A stretch of 64,000 nucleotides of DNA from Williopsis jadinii (lineage: Eukaryota): positions 2,046,001 through 2,110,000 of the forward strand of contig AP024665.1 of the NCBI GenBank assembly GCA_024346625.1, given 5' to 3'. A program made the translations under genes and the position numbers. Positions 23,354-35,593 of this stretch are shown here, piece after piece. Numbering within the stretch: position 1 is the first letter of the stretch; each line of letters opens with the position of its first letter. The notes beneath the pieces were generated by a model, which worked only from the letters and a program-made list of their open reading frames with translations, made no database searches and was not told the DNA's origin.

Positions 23354-26300
23354 GGATAAATTGGCTGCTGAACAGCCATTGAAGGAAGCACGGGCGAAGA
23401 GGTAGGCGATGTGGTGAATTTCATGCCTTGAAAAGACGTCATTGGGGGACGAGAGGGCGATGCCTCAGGAATTGGCGTTTACTTATGAGGTGTGAAGCTA
23501 AGCAGAAAAGACATTAGGGCAGCAGCTTTATGATTTTGTCTACCAGATTGGGGATTGATTATGGAGCTGCCATGAGGCGGTGAGTCAATTTAAAGTGAAG
23601 CTTGAAGAGGCTTACTATGGCAATTGAGTGTGCAAGGTACCCTAGCCAAGGTACCGAAGCCAAGGTGCCTATGGAGGCTGGAAAAATTCCCGTTCCTAGG
23701 TATAATTTCCCACTGGCCCTAACCATCGAGTTGGAGGGTTGGCGTTGATGTAAACGATGAGTCTCCGTGGAAGCACTAACCGGCTCTAATTTCTCTCATG
23801 TGTGTTTTGCGCAAAATTCCGAGTGGCATCGGGATGTGGATGATTTGCGCAAAAACCAAATTGCGAAAAAACCGAATTGCGAAAAACAACAACAAAAACC
23901 GAAAAACGAAAAACACAACATTGAAAGAAAACAGAACAGCACAAAACACTAAAGATCCGAAAGATTTGCGCAACATGTGCAAAAACCGCACATAACGTTG
24001 AACCCATGAGCGGTTATAAAACCGATGACGGGATCATGGGAAGTCCAAATCCGCGCAGCTTAAAAGTGTTGCTAGTTGCGGGAGACCCACACTGGGCTTT
24101 AGAGAGCGTGATATTAGTGCATTTGTAGGAACGGCAGGCAGAGCCACGTACTCATGAATTAGCTCGTTGATGACGTCCCGATGATACAAGTCATCAAGTG
24201 ACAGTTCTGGTAGGGTATAAACAGCCCGAATCATGCCTATAGTTTATGGGAATTGGATTTCGTAATCACCTTAAAGGCACTAGATTGGTTTGGAATAACC
24301 AGCGTTAAAGGTGCAGATGAGGTCCCACTTCACGGCTCTTTTGTGTTGATTGTAAGTGTCAGTGAGCTATATATCATTGTAAGGGTACTTGGCTTGTGCT
24401 CGTTGAAATATGATTAACACTGTGGTGGTTGATGTGCGCACTGGCAACATCATGCTAGGTTCAAACGGGATCATAGATGTATCAAAATGTACTCGGTGTA
24501 GTGAGCTTGGAACGTGATATAGTTCTGTTATCCCAGGGTACTGCATCTGTGGTGGTGAGCCGGGATAAGCCATTGCTGCTAGAGTAATATCATGCCAACG
24601 TCACACGCTCATTTGAACACTACAACAGACACAGTGTCTCCAGATCAGAGCCTTTGAACTGATCGGTTTGAATGTACCACTCAACGAGCTACGCCAGAGG
24701 ACCTGGAAAAATACAATACACCGCCAGCTGACGTCATCGTATAGAGCCAAACGTTCCAGCACACTGCTTGATCTGCATTAATGTGTACTCAACTTGGGTA
24801 CTGCCGGAGCTTTGTCAACCAATTGCGCTTGGGTAGATAACATGGACCAGGAAGACAACGTTCACACACAGACATCCTTCTCTACATCTTCCACACGCTG
24901 TGTTCACTAGCTATTATATCATTCCAGTCTCAACACTTTCGCCTCTCTTCATCTACAGTACGTTAACCGATATCCGATTGTAAAGCAAATCCAAAGTGGT
25001 GCTGCACGGCTGTTTGAACTTTGGGCCATAAAAATCCACAAAACCGTTGAGCGGTGCATCACTAAAATTCACCGCTCATGCACTGCTCGATGGCCAAAAG
25101 CTCCAACCAAGGATGACAATTTGGGAGAGGTGCCAGTGCTGTTGGTGCCTTTACGCTGTAAACTCATGATTGCTAAACCGTGTTAAGATTCACAGGCGTG
25201 TGGGGGGAGGGAGAAACCTACTGCGCGGATGTAGACTGAGTAAAGAAGTCCCGACAGCTTCTGGGGGTCAATGGCGTTATTTGCGGAATGGGAAACTGTA
25301 GCCCATGTCGCTTTCCTTCACAGTCCGGTCACCACTCCACTTATGTAGCCCACGGTAATGCACACTCCCTCAACGCTTGTGTCGATAACATATGTGCGCC
25401 GTAAACGGATAAACCAGTGCAAAAAGGATCGCCATAAAGAGAACACTAAGCACGTTACGAGTTGTAGAGATTTGTACCTCTACAGTTTAGAGAGTAGTCT
25501 TCGTTAGCCGGCATTGAAGCGAAGTCGGTTAGTCCCATCAAACCCACATGTACGCACAACACCGCTTTGAAGAAGACGGGCATGATGATATGGGAAGAAT
25601 CATGGCCAAGATTTTTCCCCCATGGAGACGTAAATTAGAGAGCTAGCAGAAGGCTCCTGGAAACATAGGCAACAAGTGGGCGTGGGCGAAGATAGGTTCC
25701 AAGGTTTGGACGTCACCGCTTTGCAGAGCCGCTGGGACCAAGCCGGCGATACATCTGCGATGGACGTCGTAAGATGGACGTTGATGCAGTCGTCGAAGTG
25801 GCCTTCAATTTCCCCTCTTTGCTGCTTTTCTTTTTACTTGGAACAGATGATTAGTCAATTTATGTGTGCTGTCGTTGGACGAGGGAAGGACATAGAACTT
25901 TCCTCACAAGCAGCTGTAAGGACGACACTTGCGATGCGTCGCTTGATACACCCAGTTCAGAGGTATTTCTACGGGCAGGCGTTTCCAAGAGTTTAGCACC
26001 GTGTATATCGTAGAAAAGCTCACCGTAATACCGTAACGCTTTTGCCAGCCACCAATGGAGTGCGTTGTTCTCTTATCTAAGGAATTGCGATTTTTTTCCA
26101 TGTTGATTCATGCGTTTCGGGGGGGGGGGACTGTTGAATCAAAGAGAGAGAGCTTGGCCTTGCAGCTGGTTAGAGAAAAACTTGAGCGAAAACAAGAACC
26201 CAAACCGGCGCGAAAATGATTGCGCAAAACGAGCGACAAACGAGAAAACGAAACGAAAAAAGAGAAGCGCAAAAACGAAGCGCAAAAAGGAAACGAAAAA

Positions 26301-29090
26301 CAAACGTGGCAGATCTTTTCCTCCCGTTGCGCCCAGCGGCATCAACGACATGTTGTTCCTTAAAGACCGCACACGACAAGTTGCAACACACTCGCCATTG
26401 TAAGACGCTTTTTCCAGCTCATCAAGTTTTACAAATTATTGACAAGGTCATCCACACCTATTGCAGTGCTTGTAGAAACCTTTTATGGAATTGTGCTATT
26501 GAGGATGCCCGTACTGTAGTACGAGTAGTTGCTTTCAACGCCTTATGAACAGAGAAAAAACAAAACAAACAGCCATATCTAACATTGTTGTGTGCATTGT
26601 TTCTATCAGACTTATTACTCGATCCGTTACGGTGCAATATACAAAGAACCAGTCACCTGGATTTATAACCTGATTTCTGCAACTCAATTGCTTCTTTGGG
26701 AGCCGCTGAAGAGGGACCAACTCCTTGTTTGGAATCAGCAGACCCTTCGTCGTCTATTTTGGGTTAAAATACAAGCAAATCAAAACATCAGCCATATCTA
26801 CACCAATGGCCAACTGGGCGATCCGTACACACCGCGCAGTTGTTTAGGATTTACCCCAGCAATATTGACAACTGGGCGAGCTTGTAAAGCGAGGATAACA
26901 AACGAAGTGGTAGTTATGTATAGATCAAGTCAATTGTAAACAGAGCTCGTGAGAATGGGTGAAAAGCTCATCGAAACCAGCAGACCAACCTTGAAATCAG
27001 CGCTCTTACGATAGCTGTGTGTATTGTAGATAGTCAGCCTCACAACTCGAGAAGCTCATTTGCTTCGTTCTCTTGAGTCAGAAATCAACAAGAAACATCA
27101 TCGACAGTGGATACAATGAAACAGAATGACGTGCTTGGTATGGATTATCGGTTTAAGCCCGAATTATCGAAGCCCACATTGAGACGCATTAGAGTAGTAT
27201 ACAACTATTACCTCGTATCCATTGGGAGCAAGTTGAGCGGAAAACTGGCGGCAATTTGCCAAACGTATTACCCAACACACCCATAACAGAGATATAACCG
27301 ACCGGTATATAGAGGTGTTATATATACGGGAAAAGCCAGCGCTATTTTCCCGCTTGTGATGAACATAGGGCGTTATCAAGATCCAGGAACAAGAGATGTG
27401 AGATAAACATGAAGAGATTCACACCGCGGCCTTTTTTTTCCGAGAGTAAGCACGCATACGTAATTTTTGAATAGAACGCAGACGTTGACGAGGTGAGAGC
27501 CATGGCCAATCGTTGATCGAAATTCCTGATCCATAATACAACTGGCTTTCCATGAGAGGTTACATCTGCCCGCGGATTCCCAGTCCGAGGAAGTTATCAA
27601 CATGGACGTCAAGTGATTGGGAATTAAACCAAGCTTTCGTTGTACTCTGTATGCGCTGGCTAGAGGAGGGGGCACGATGTCGTGAATATAGCCAAGCGAA
27701 TAGAGTTAACGCTTCGTGCGACTTTGAGAAGATAGTTATAGGCGATCATATCTTTGAGGGTGTAGCCCAGTCTGTTAAATGGACTAGATTCCGGTGAACT
27801 TATAGTAATTGTGGAAGTTTTGATATATGCCAGGTACCACCAAATACCGCATCCACTCGATCTAAAATTCGACAACTACTTCGAATTGCCTGGGAAATTT
27901 CTTTACACAGCTGATACCGGATGGTTATCTCTCAAGCGTAGTGCCTCGAGAAAAGACATGTATACGGAGATCATGTACGTTTTAGGCTCAACCCGTCTCA
28001 ATTCTCAACCAACGTTTCTATATCTTGAAACTTGGAATATGCATTGTGCATCCCCCGAGAGCTTCGAACAGTCTGTCAGACCAACCGGCCGACAAAAAGG
28101 CTTCCCAAAGCAGAACACCACCCCCCTCGCCCAAACACATTACGTCGTGGTTTTCAGCGAAAGGCGCAAAAATATCACTCATGTTGCAGCAAATGAACCC
28201 GTGGACTGGTGAATGATAAGATGGCCTAAAAAAGCCTCCTTAGAAGACTGAGGACAAGTCATCCGTCGCAAAGCACAAAAGGTGGAATATTTTCTTGTAG
28301 AGTAAACCAACCTGATGACTGTAATCATGGGCCCAGTTCAGATGGACATTCGGCAATACCGAAACCGAGGCACCGATTCACAGTGTTTTGATTTTGTGTT
28401 GTACGTTAAAGCCATACAAAACAAACAACGAGCGAACCAACCACGACATTTTTTCCCTTCTTGAGTAGTGCACCTGGCTTTCCATTACCATAGCTACCGT
28501 TTCGAAACGTCAGTGTAGCCCTTTGTTGACTTTTTCATTCGTTCTGGAAAGCATCTGCGACCACGGTGGGGCGGGCGGTAATTCCAGTTTGGGAACTTTA
28601 CGCAAACAAAAGTGTCGAGGACATTTGAGCCATTTCTTTTTTTCCAACGCTCCCATCAGCGACTCTGGCCTTCAGTTGCGCAAGAGTGTACGTATCAGGT
28701 AACACACAATCGGTACTGCCGACCAAACCGAAAAGTTAAAGTTTTCAATTTACCGAAGAAGGAAATGTCAATCTGCGCAAAAGTGGAAAACGTAAACATG
28801 CACACACCAAAAATTCTTGAGATTCTCCTTCCCAAACGCTCCGGAGCCAACTACGTCAGCGGGCGGTTGTCAAGCACAAAACGCAAAAGCAAACACTTGT
28901 TGCGCAAAAAAGCGAAAACTTTATACCAAGTTGGGAACATAAACGAAACAAAAAAACCACTCAACGAAGAAAACGCACTTGAGTGTGTATATCTCATGTA
29001 CGTGTATGTTTTCTTTTTTTCTCATACAATACCGGGGAGACCCACATCTTCCGTAATCAGCGACCGTCCTCCATCTTGAGCGCCCAAGAG

Positions 29091-29180
29091 GTATATAAAC
29101 AAATTGACATCTGCTCTTTGGGAAAAAATTACAATCCTTTCTCTCTTTTCTTCTTTCCCCCCTTAACCTTCTGTTTATTC
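29091..29180 (+). promoter_or_regulatory. Distal PMA1 core promoter (TATA plus pyrimidine tract)
   Basis: GTATATAAA at 29091-29099 followed by a CT-rich block; PMA1 is the only credible downstream plus-strand gene. Confidence 0.6.
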
Positions 29181-29980
29181 AAACATTCTCATTCCAAAGT
29201 ATTGTTACAATCAGTTGTCAATCTTATTGACTAATCACAGATACCCGCAACACTCTGGAGTATAGAAGTAAGTACCGGTTTAACAGTTACAACCCTGAAA
29301 AACGTTTTCTCCTACGGCTACGATACGACGTTGGAAAGGGACAGGGAACGAGGGAAATCCAAATCAAGCACAGACATTCTATTCTACTGGCCCAAAGCAA
29401 GTAACATCAACTGATGAGCACCATTCTTTGTTCAATTGGCTGCTAGAGGAGACCACGCCTCTTGGAGGTTGCTCGTTTCCTCTACACCCAGGAACAGAAG
29501 ATTGAAGCAGCGATCGGTGTTTTGGGCAGTGGGACCAAATCGATGCCCATGTTGTGTTTTTGTATTTTCGCAACTTTTTCCCCATTCGGTCATACCGAAG
29601 GCGGTTCAAGCCTGCAAGAGACAACAACTATGGCTGCTGTTCTTGGAATCAAAATAAACGCATTTGGAAGTTTTGCAACCAAAACAGGATGCGTTTTCGC
29701 CATTTCGGTGCGGCATTTCCGGTTTCAGATTTTCGCGAAATTTGTTGTTCCCATCAAATCTGCAAATTTCGGAAACGGGCCGCGCTGATTGGCTGCGTCC
29801 TGAAGCGGCAATTTTTCTCCCTCTCGTTTGTTGATACAACCAGAATTTCTTTTCGTGCTCTGCGTCAGCGCTATGCAAATGTTTATAAATTTTGATGTGA
29901 TTTCCCATTTCCTGTCCTTGCTCATTCTGTCTCGCTGTTGAACCATTGTTGTTTTACGAACTCAAGGTCCAATTGGAACA

Positions 29981-30054
29981 GTATGTGCACTGCCAATGGA
30001 GCATTGAAAGGGTTATTCGATGTCGTCACCACGTGATACTAACCATTGATATAG
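29981..30054 (+). other. 5'-UTR intron ending directly at the PMA1 start codon
   Basis: GTATGT 29981, TACTAAC 30037-30043, TAG 30052-30054, ATG 30055; the spliced context is ACA|ATG. Confidence 0.85.
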
Positions 30055-32748
30055 ATGTCTTCTACAGAACCAACAACCGAGAAAATCCCAAAGGCTGAGG
30101 CCGATGACGAGGAGGATGACGATATCGATGCCTTGATCGACGAATTGCAGTCCGATCACGGAGAGGACGACCTCGAGGAGGAGGCTGGTGAGGCCGGTGC
30201 CTCTGCCAGACCAGTTCCAGAGGAGCTTTTGCAAACCGACCCAGCTTACGGTTTGACCTCTGACGAGGTTACCAAGAGACGTAAGAAATACGGTCTTAAC
30301 CAAATGGCTGAAGAGAAGGAGAACTTGATTGTTAAGTTCATGAGTTTCTTCATTGGTCCAATTCAATTCGTTATGGAGGCTGCTGCTATCTTGGCTGCCG
30401 GTCTTGAAGATTGGGTCGATTTCGGTGTTATCTTGGGTCTTTTGATGTTGAACGCTTCTGTCGGTTTCATCCAAGAATTCCAAGCCGGTTCTATTGTTGA
30501 GGAGTTGAAGAAGACTTTGGCTCACTCTGCTATTGTTATTCGTGATGGTCAACTCATTGAGATTCCAGCCAACGAGGTTGTTCCAGGTGAGATCCTTCAA
30601 TTGGAGGATGGTACTGTTATCCCAGCTGATGGTCGTCTTGTTACTGAGGGTTGTTTCCTTCAAGTTGATCAATCTGCCTTGACTGGTGAATCTTTGGCTG
30701 TTGACAAGCACTTTGGTGACTCTGTTTTCTCTTCTTCTACTATCAAGCGTGGTGAGGGTTTCATGCTTGTTACCGCTACTGGTGACAACACCTTCGTCGG
30801 TCGTGCTGCTGCTCTTGTCAACAAGGCTTCTGGTGGTCAAGGTCACTTTACTGAAGTCTTGAACGGTATTGGTACTATCTTGTTGGTCTTGGTTATTGTT
30901 ACTTTGCTTCTTGTTTGGGTTGCCGGTTTCTACAGAACCAACAAGATTGTTAGAATGTTGAGATACACCCTTGCCATCACCATTGTTGGTGTCCCAGTTG
31001 GTCTTCCAGCTGTCGTTACCACCACTATGGCTGTCGGTGCTGCTTACTTGGCTAAGAAGCAAGCTATTGTCCAAAAGTTGTCTGCTATTGAGTCCCTTGC
31101 TGGTGTCGAGATCTTGTGTTCTGACAAGACCGGTACTTTGACCAAGAACAAATTGTCCCTTCACGAGCCATACACTGTTGCTGGTGTTGACGCCGATGAC
31201 CTTATGCTTACCGCTTGTTTGGCTGCTTCCAGAAAGAAGAAGGGTCTTGACGCTATCGACAAGGCTTTCTTGAAGTCTCTTGCTCAATATCCAAAGGCCA
31301 AGGCTGCTTTGACCAAGTACAAAGTTATTGAATTCCACCCATTCGACCCTGTTTCTAAGAAGGTTACTGCTCTTGTTGAATCCCCAGCTGGTGAGAGAAT
31401 CATCTGTGTTAAGGGTGCCCCATTGTTTGTTTTGAAGACTGTCGAGGAGGACCACCCAATTCCAGAGGATGTCCACGAGGCTTACGAGAACAAGGTTGCT
31501 GAGTTTGCTTCCAGAGGTTTCAGATCTCTTGGTGTTGCCAGAAAGAGAGGTGAGGGTCACTGGGAAATTCTCGGTATTATGCCATGTATGGATCCACCAA
31601 GACACGACACTGCTAAGACTGTTAACGAAGCTCGTAACCTTGGTTTGAGAGTTAAGATGTTGACTGGTGATGCCGTTGGTATTGCTAAGGAGACTTGTCG
31701 TCAATTGGGTTTGGGTACTAACATTTACAATGCTGAGAGATTGGGTCTTGGTGGTGCCGGTGACATGCCAGGTTCTGAGATTGCTGACTTTGTTGAGAAT
31801 GCTGATGGTTTCGCTGAGGTTTTCCCACAACACAAGTACAATGTCGTTGAGATTTTGCAACAAAGAGGTTACTTGGTTGCCATGACTGGTGATGGTGTTA
31901 ACGATGCTCCATCTTTGAAGAAGGCTGATACTGGTATTGCCGTTGAAGGTGCTTCTGACTCTGCTCGTTCCGCTGCTGATATTGTTTTCCTTGCCCCAGG
32001 TTTGTCTGCTATCATTGATGCTTTGAAGACTTCTAGACAGATTTTCCACAGAATGTACTCCTATGTCGTTTACCGTATCGCTTTGTCTTTGCACTTGGAG
32101 ATCTTCCTTGGTTTGTGGATTGCTATCTTGAACGAGTCCTTGAACATTGACTTGGTTGTCTTCATTGCCATTTTCGCCGATGTTGCTACCTTGACCATTG
32201 CTTACGATAATGCTCCATACGCTCCAAAGCCAGTTAAGTGGAACTTGCCACGTCTTTGGGGTATGTCTGTCATTTTGGGTATCATTCTTGCCATTGGTAC
32301 TTGGATCACTTTGACCACCATGCTTTTGCCAAAGGGAGGTATCATCCAGAACTTCGGTTCCATCGATGGTGTCTTGTTCTTGCAAATCTCCTTGACTGAG
32401 AACTGGTTGATTTTCATCACCAGAGCTGCTGGTCCTTTCTGGTCTTCTGCCCCATCATGGCAATTGGCTGGTGCCGTTTTGTGTGTCGATATCATTGCTA
32501 CTATGTTCACCTTGTTCGGTTGGTGGTCCCAGAACTGGAACGACATTGTTACCGTCGTTCGTGTCTACATCTTCTCTTTCGGTGTCTTCTGTGTCATGGG
32601 TGGTGCTTACTACTTGATGTCCGAGTCTGAGGCCTTCGACAGATTGATGAACGGTAAGCCAATCAAGGAGAAGAAGGAGCAAAGATCCCTCGAGGACTTC
32701 GTCGTTGCTATGCAACGTGTCTCCACTCAACATGAGAAGTCCTCCTAA
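30055..32748 (+). CDS. PMA1: Plasma-membrane H+-ATPase
   Basis: [22 protein letters not shown] and TGDGVNDAP motifs; regulatory tail [11 protein letters not shown]; extreme codon bias. Confidence 0.99.
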   Translation: MSSTEPTTEKIPKAEADDEEDDDIDALIDELQSDHGEDDLEEEAGEAGASARPVPEELLQTDPAYGLTSDEVTKRRKKYGLNQMAEEKENLIVKFMSFFIGPIQFVMEAAAILAAGLEDWVDFGVILGLLMLNASVGFIQEFQAGSIVEELKKTLAHSAIVIRDGQLIEIPANEVVPGEILQLEDGTVIPADGRLVTEGCFLQVDQSALTGESLAVDKHFGDSVFSSSTIKRGEGFMLVTATGDNTFVGRAAALVNKASGGQGHFTEVLNGIGTILLVLVIVTLLLVWVAGFYRTNKIVRMLRYTLAITIVGVPVGLPAVVTTTMAVGAAYLAKKQAIVQKLSAIESLAGVEILCSDKTGTLTKNKLSLHEPYTVAGVDADDLMLTACLAASRKKKGLDAIDKAFLKSLAQYPKAKAALTKYKVIEFHPFDPVSKKVTALVESPAGERIICVKGAPLFVLKTVEEDHPIPEDVHEAYENKVAEFASRGFRSLGVARKRGEGHWEILGIMPCMDPPRHDTAKTVNEARNLGLRVKMLTGDAVGIAKETCRQLGLGTNIYNAERLGLGGAGDMPGSEIADFVENADGFAEVFPQHKYNVVEILQQRGYLVAMTGDGVNDAPSLKKADTGIAVEGASDSARSAADIVFLAPGLSAIIDALKTSRQIFHRMYSYVVYRIALSLHLEIFLGLWIAILNESLNIDLVVFIAIFADVATLTIAYDNAPYAPKPVKWNLPRLWGMSVILGIILAIGTWITLTTMLLPKGGIIQNFGSIDGVLFLQISLTENWLIFITRAAGPFWSSAPSWQLAGAVLCVDIIATMFTLFGWWSQNWNDIVTVVRVYIFSFGVFCVMGGAYYLMSESEAFDRLMNGKPIKEKKEQRSLEDFVVAMQRVSTQHEKSS

Positions 32749-33323
32749 GCCGCTAATACCCCTTAGGTTTTCGTTTCATACATAGAGTGGTTGTTGTTTA
32801 ACATTTTATCGTGATTAATTTTTAATCGAGTAATATATTATTGGAAAAGTTTTTAGACTTTAAAGCGTAGTATCCATGGCTTTGCTGAGCTTAGTGCTGT
32901 GCCCTTTCCCCGTTGTTTACGGAGTGTTGATGTTCCGTGATTCACTGCGATGTCCGGGTTTTTGTTTACAGCCTGCCCTTAAACCAAAAAAAAAAAGCTG
33001 GTGGGAATAGATCAAGGGAAAAAACATCACCAAAAAAAAACAAACAGCAGAAAGTAAACAAACAACATTACAATCAACAACATCACACAGCGGCACGCTT
33101 TAAACCAGAGCGGTAGTGACGTGACTTGCTTCTTTTCGATCAGCGAGTGCGGTGTTATCGATTTCTTCGAATCTGCTTATAGTTCAAGAACGTCTGGACC
33201 CTAAGCGTAGCGAAGTGTTCTCTTTTGTTTACTTTCTGTTTTGTATATTAGTTCGGAACCCATTGGAAAAGGTTCACATCTGAGATAAAGAGCAAAGACG
33301 CACGAGACAAGCAATCATTTGAG

Positions 33324-35396
33324 ATGGAATCAGGATCAGTGGAGAGTGCTGATAAAATTGAGGAGAACAGAGCGACTGGGGCTTGTTTGGACATTCTCTC
33401 ACCACCAAAGCCCTCGTCAACGTCCACACCACCTACAGCGGCTGCTTGTGCCATTGGCGGGACTGGTAATGAAACCAGTGACAGCTTCAATCCTTTTGAG
33501 AAGGACTCCCTGGATGAATCTGCTTCGGTGTTATCCTCAAAGCAACTGCTTGCTGAGGGACAGGGATCAAATGTCCTGCCATCTGAACTCGTTGATATCA
33601 ACTTGGCAATTAGCGCTCTTAACTTGGACTTTGACGGTCAAAAACATGGACAAACTACAGCCACTACAGAACCAGCAGATGTTTTGAAAGATGGTGCCGA
33701 ACCTAGTGCTACCGGATCAGACGATCACCCGCCACCAGCTCTGTATCCACCTGGTATGATCCCACAGCACATGCCATTTTTCCCGCTAAACGAATTTGGA
33801 CAGCCAATGCATGCACCATTCCCTGGAGACCATCCACATAGTCCAATCCCGTGGGATTCTAAACCTGGACAGACTCCTTTTGGTTTAATGGGATCTCATA
33901 GCCCAAATATGGATGGGTTACGCTCACAAATGGTACCACCTGGAATGGTTCCAATGGTACCACCGGGCAATTTTGACTTTCATGGAGATGGTTTATCTGG
34001 TGGTCCTCCAATTACTGATCCATCCCAACTTTTTGGCATGAAGGGATTGAAAGATGGCCAATTATCAGCCAATTTCCCGGTAATGGAACACATGGGTTTC
34101 AATGCTCCTCAACAGCACGTGAAGAACAACCCAATGTGGCCACCGATCAATGGAAGAGACGAGCAACAGTTCAATGGAGTACAGCTACCACCAAATGGAT
34201 TAGTCCACAACAATATGCACCACGATCGTCGTTATCCATATTATCAACCGCGTAACAACCATCGTCACAATAATAATGGGTTCAACAACCGCAACCACCC
34301 AAACAGGAAACCAAACCGTTATAGAGGTGAAGATGCATCCAAATTTGAAAATGCCAAATTGGCCGATTTTATTGGACAGATTTACTCCCTGTGTAAAGAT
34401 CAACATGGATGCCGTTTCTTACAAAGACAGTTGGATTTGGACCATTCGAATGCAACAGCAATCTTTGAAGAGACACAGATGGCGGTTGTGGAACTAATGA
34501 TGGATCCCTTTGGTAACTACTTGATTCAAAAACTCCTTGAAAAGGTTAACAACGAGGAACGCTTAATCTTGATTAGAAATGCATCTCCAAGCTTTGTGAC
34601 AATTGCGTTGAATCCGCATGGAACAAGAGCTTTACAAAAATTGGTTGAACTCGTCAACTCCAAAGAGGAGGCCAAATTAGTTGTGGAGGCATTGTCTAGC
34701 GATGTCGTTTTGCTAGCAAGAGATTTGAATGGTAACCATGTTATCCAAAAGTGTTTACAAGTATTGGGTCCACTCGATTCACAGTTCATTTTTGATGCTG
34801 CAAGTGCTCACTGTCTAGAGATCGCCACTCATAGACACGGATGCTGCGTTCTGCAGAGATGTATCGATCATGGTTCTAAAGAGAACCGCTCAGAGCTTTG
34901 TAGCATTATCTCCAAGTATACTGTTGAGCTTGCTCGTGATGCATATGGAAACTATGTTGTCCAATACGTTCTTGAGAGGGATGAAAACGATGCCAACAAA
35001 ACAATTGTCAATGCAGTCAAAGGTGATCTTATTTCTTTGAGCTTGCACAAATTTGGCTCGAACGTTATTGAAAAATGTTTGAAATGCACACCTTATGCAG
35101 AAGATATCATCAATGAGCTGTTGAACAATAATGACCAACTGGTTAAGTTGTTGCATGATTCTTATGGGAACTACGTCCTTCAGACTGCTCTGAACGTTTC
35201 TAAAGCTACACAGTTGGAGAAATTATCAGATGCACTGATTCCTCTTATTCCAGAGATGAGAAACACACCGCACGCAAAGAAGATATTGCACAAGCTGAAT
35301 CCACATGCCAGAACCATCTCTCAGAAGAACCCCTCAGTTGATGATTCTGGTGACTTGACCAAGTCTTCACCATCACCAGCAACAATTGAAACATGA
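33324..35396 (+). CDS. PUF4: Pumilio-family RNA-binding protein, Puf4-like
   Basis: Eight Pum repeats starting IYSLCKDQHGCRFLQRQLD (FGNYLIQKL, HGTRALQKL, NGNHVIQKC, HGCCVLQRC, FGSNVIEKC, YGNYVLQTAL); P/N/M-rich N-terminus. Confidence 0.85.
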   Translation: MESGSVESADKIEENRATGACLDILSPPKPSSTSTPPTAAACAIGGTGNETSDSFNPFEKDSLDESASVLSSKQLLAEGQGSNVLPSELVDINLAISALNLDFDGQKHGQTTATTEPADVLKDGAEPSATGSDDHPPPALYPPGMIPQHMPFFPLNEFGQPMHAPFPGDHPHSPIPWDSKPGQTPFGLMGSHSPNMDGLRSQMVPPGMVPMVPPGNFDFHGDGLSGGPPITDPSQLFGMKGLKDGQLSANFPVMEHMGFNAPQQHVKNNPMWPPINGRDEQQFNGVQLPPNGLVHNNMHHDRRYPYYQPRNNHRHNNNGFNNRNHPNRKPNRYRGEDASKFENAKLADFIGQIYSLCKDQHGCRFLQRQLDLDHSNATAIFEETQMAVVELMMDPFGNYLIQKLLEKVNNEERLILIRNASPSFVTIALNPHGTRALQKLVELVNSKEEAKLVVEALSSDVVLLARDLNGNHVIQKCLQVLGPLDSQFIFDAASAHCLEIATHRHGCCVLQRCIDHGSKENRSELCSIISKYTVELARDAYGNYVVQYVLERDENDANKTIVNAVKGDLISLSLHKFGSNVIEKCLKCTPYAEDIINELLNNNDQLVKLLHDSYGNYVLQTALNVSKATQLEKLSDALIPLIPEMRNTPHAKKILHKLNPHARTISQKNPSVDDSGDLTKSSPSPATIET

Positions 35397-35593
35397 GTAA
35401 TACAATCTAAATGTGATGAATGTACATTAGAATCAGTTCTATACACTGATTATTTGAGTAATGAACACGATGAGATCTATTGAAAGAGAAGGAAAACAAA
35501 AAAAAGCCATTATTACAGTATTGAAGTTATTCGGTTAAAATGGTACAATGATCGTTATTGACGTTTTTGTATATGAATTGACCTGTAGATTTA

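Noticed and set aside
29199..29240. Possible tiny intron GTATTG..GACTAAT..CAG in the PMA1 distal exon
   Set aside because: Only 42 nt with a weak donor, shorter than the other introns here; not supportable without reads.
23767..29946. Many 60-155 aa ORFs in the PHO86-PMA1 interval
   Set aside because: Mostly low-complexity K/N/F translations of A/T-tract DNA, often with non-ATG starts; no recognisable domains and no transposon or LTR signature seen.
30013..32385. 790-aa antisense ORF over PMA1
   Set aside because: In-register shadow of a highly codon-biased gene (avoidance of TTA/CTA/TCA removes antisense stops); no protein-like features.
35413..35449. GTGATGA..CTGA box C/D-like pair
   Set aside because: Only 37 nt long and within the PUF4 3' UTR.
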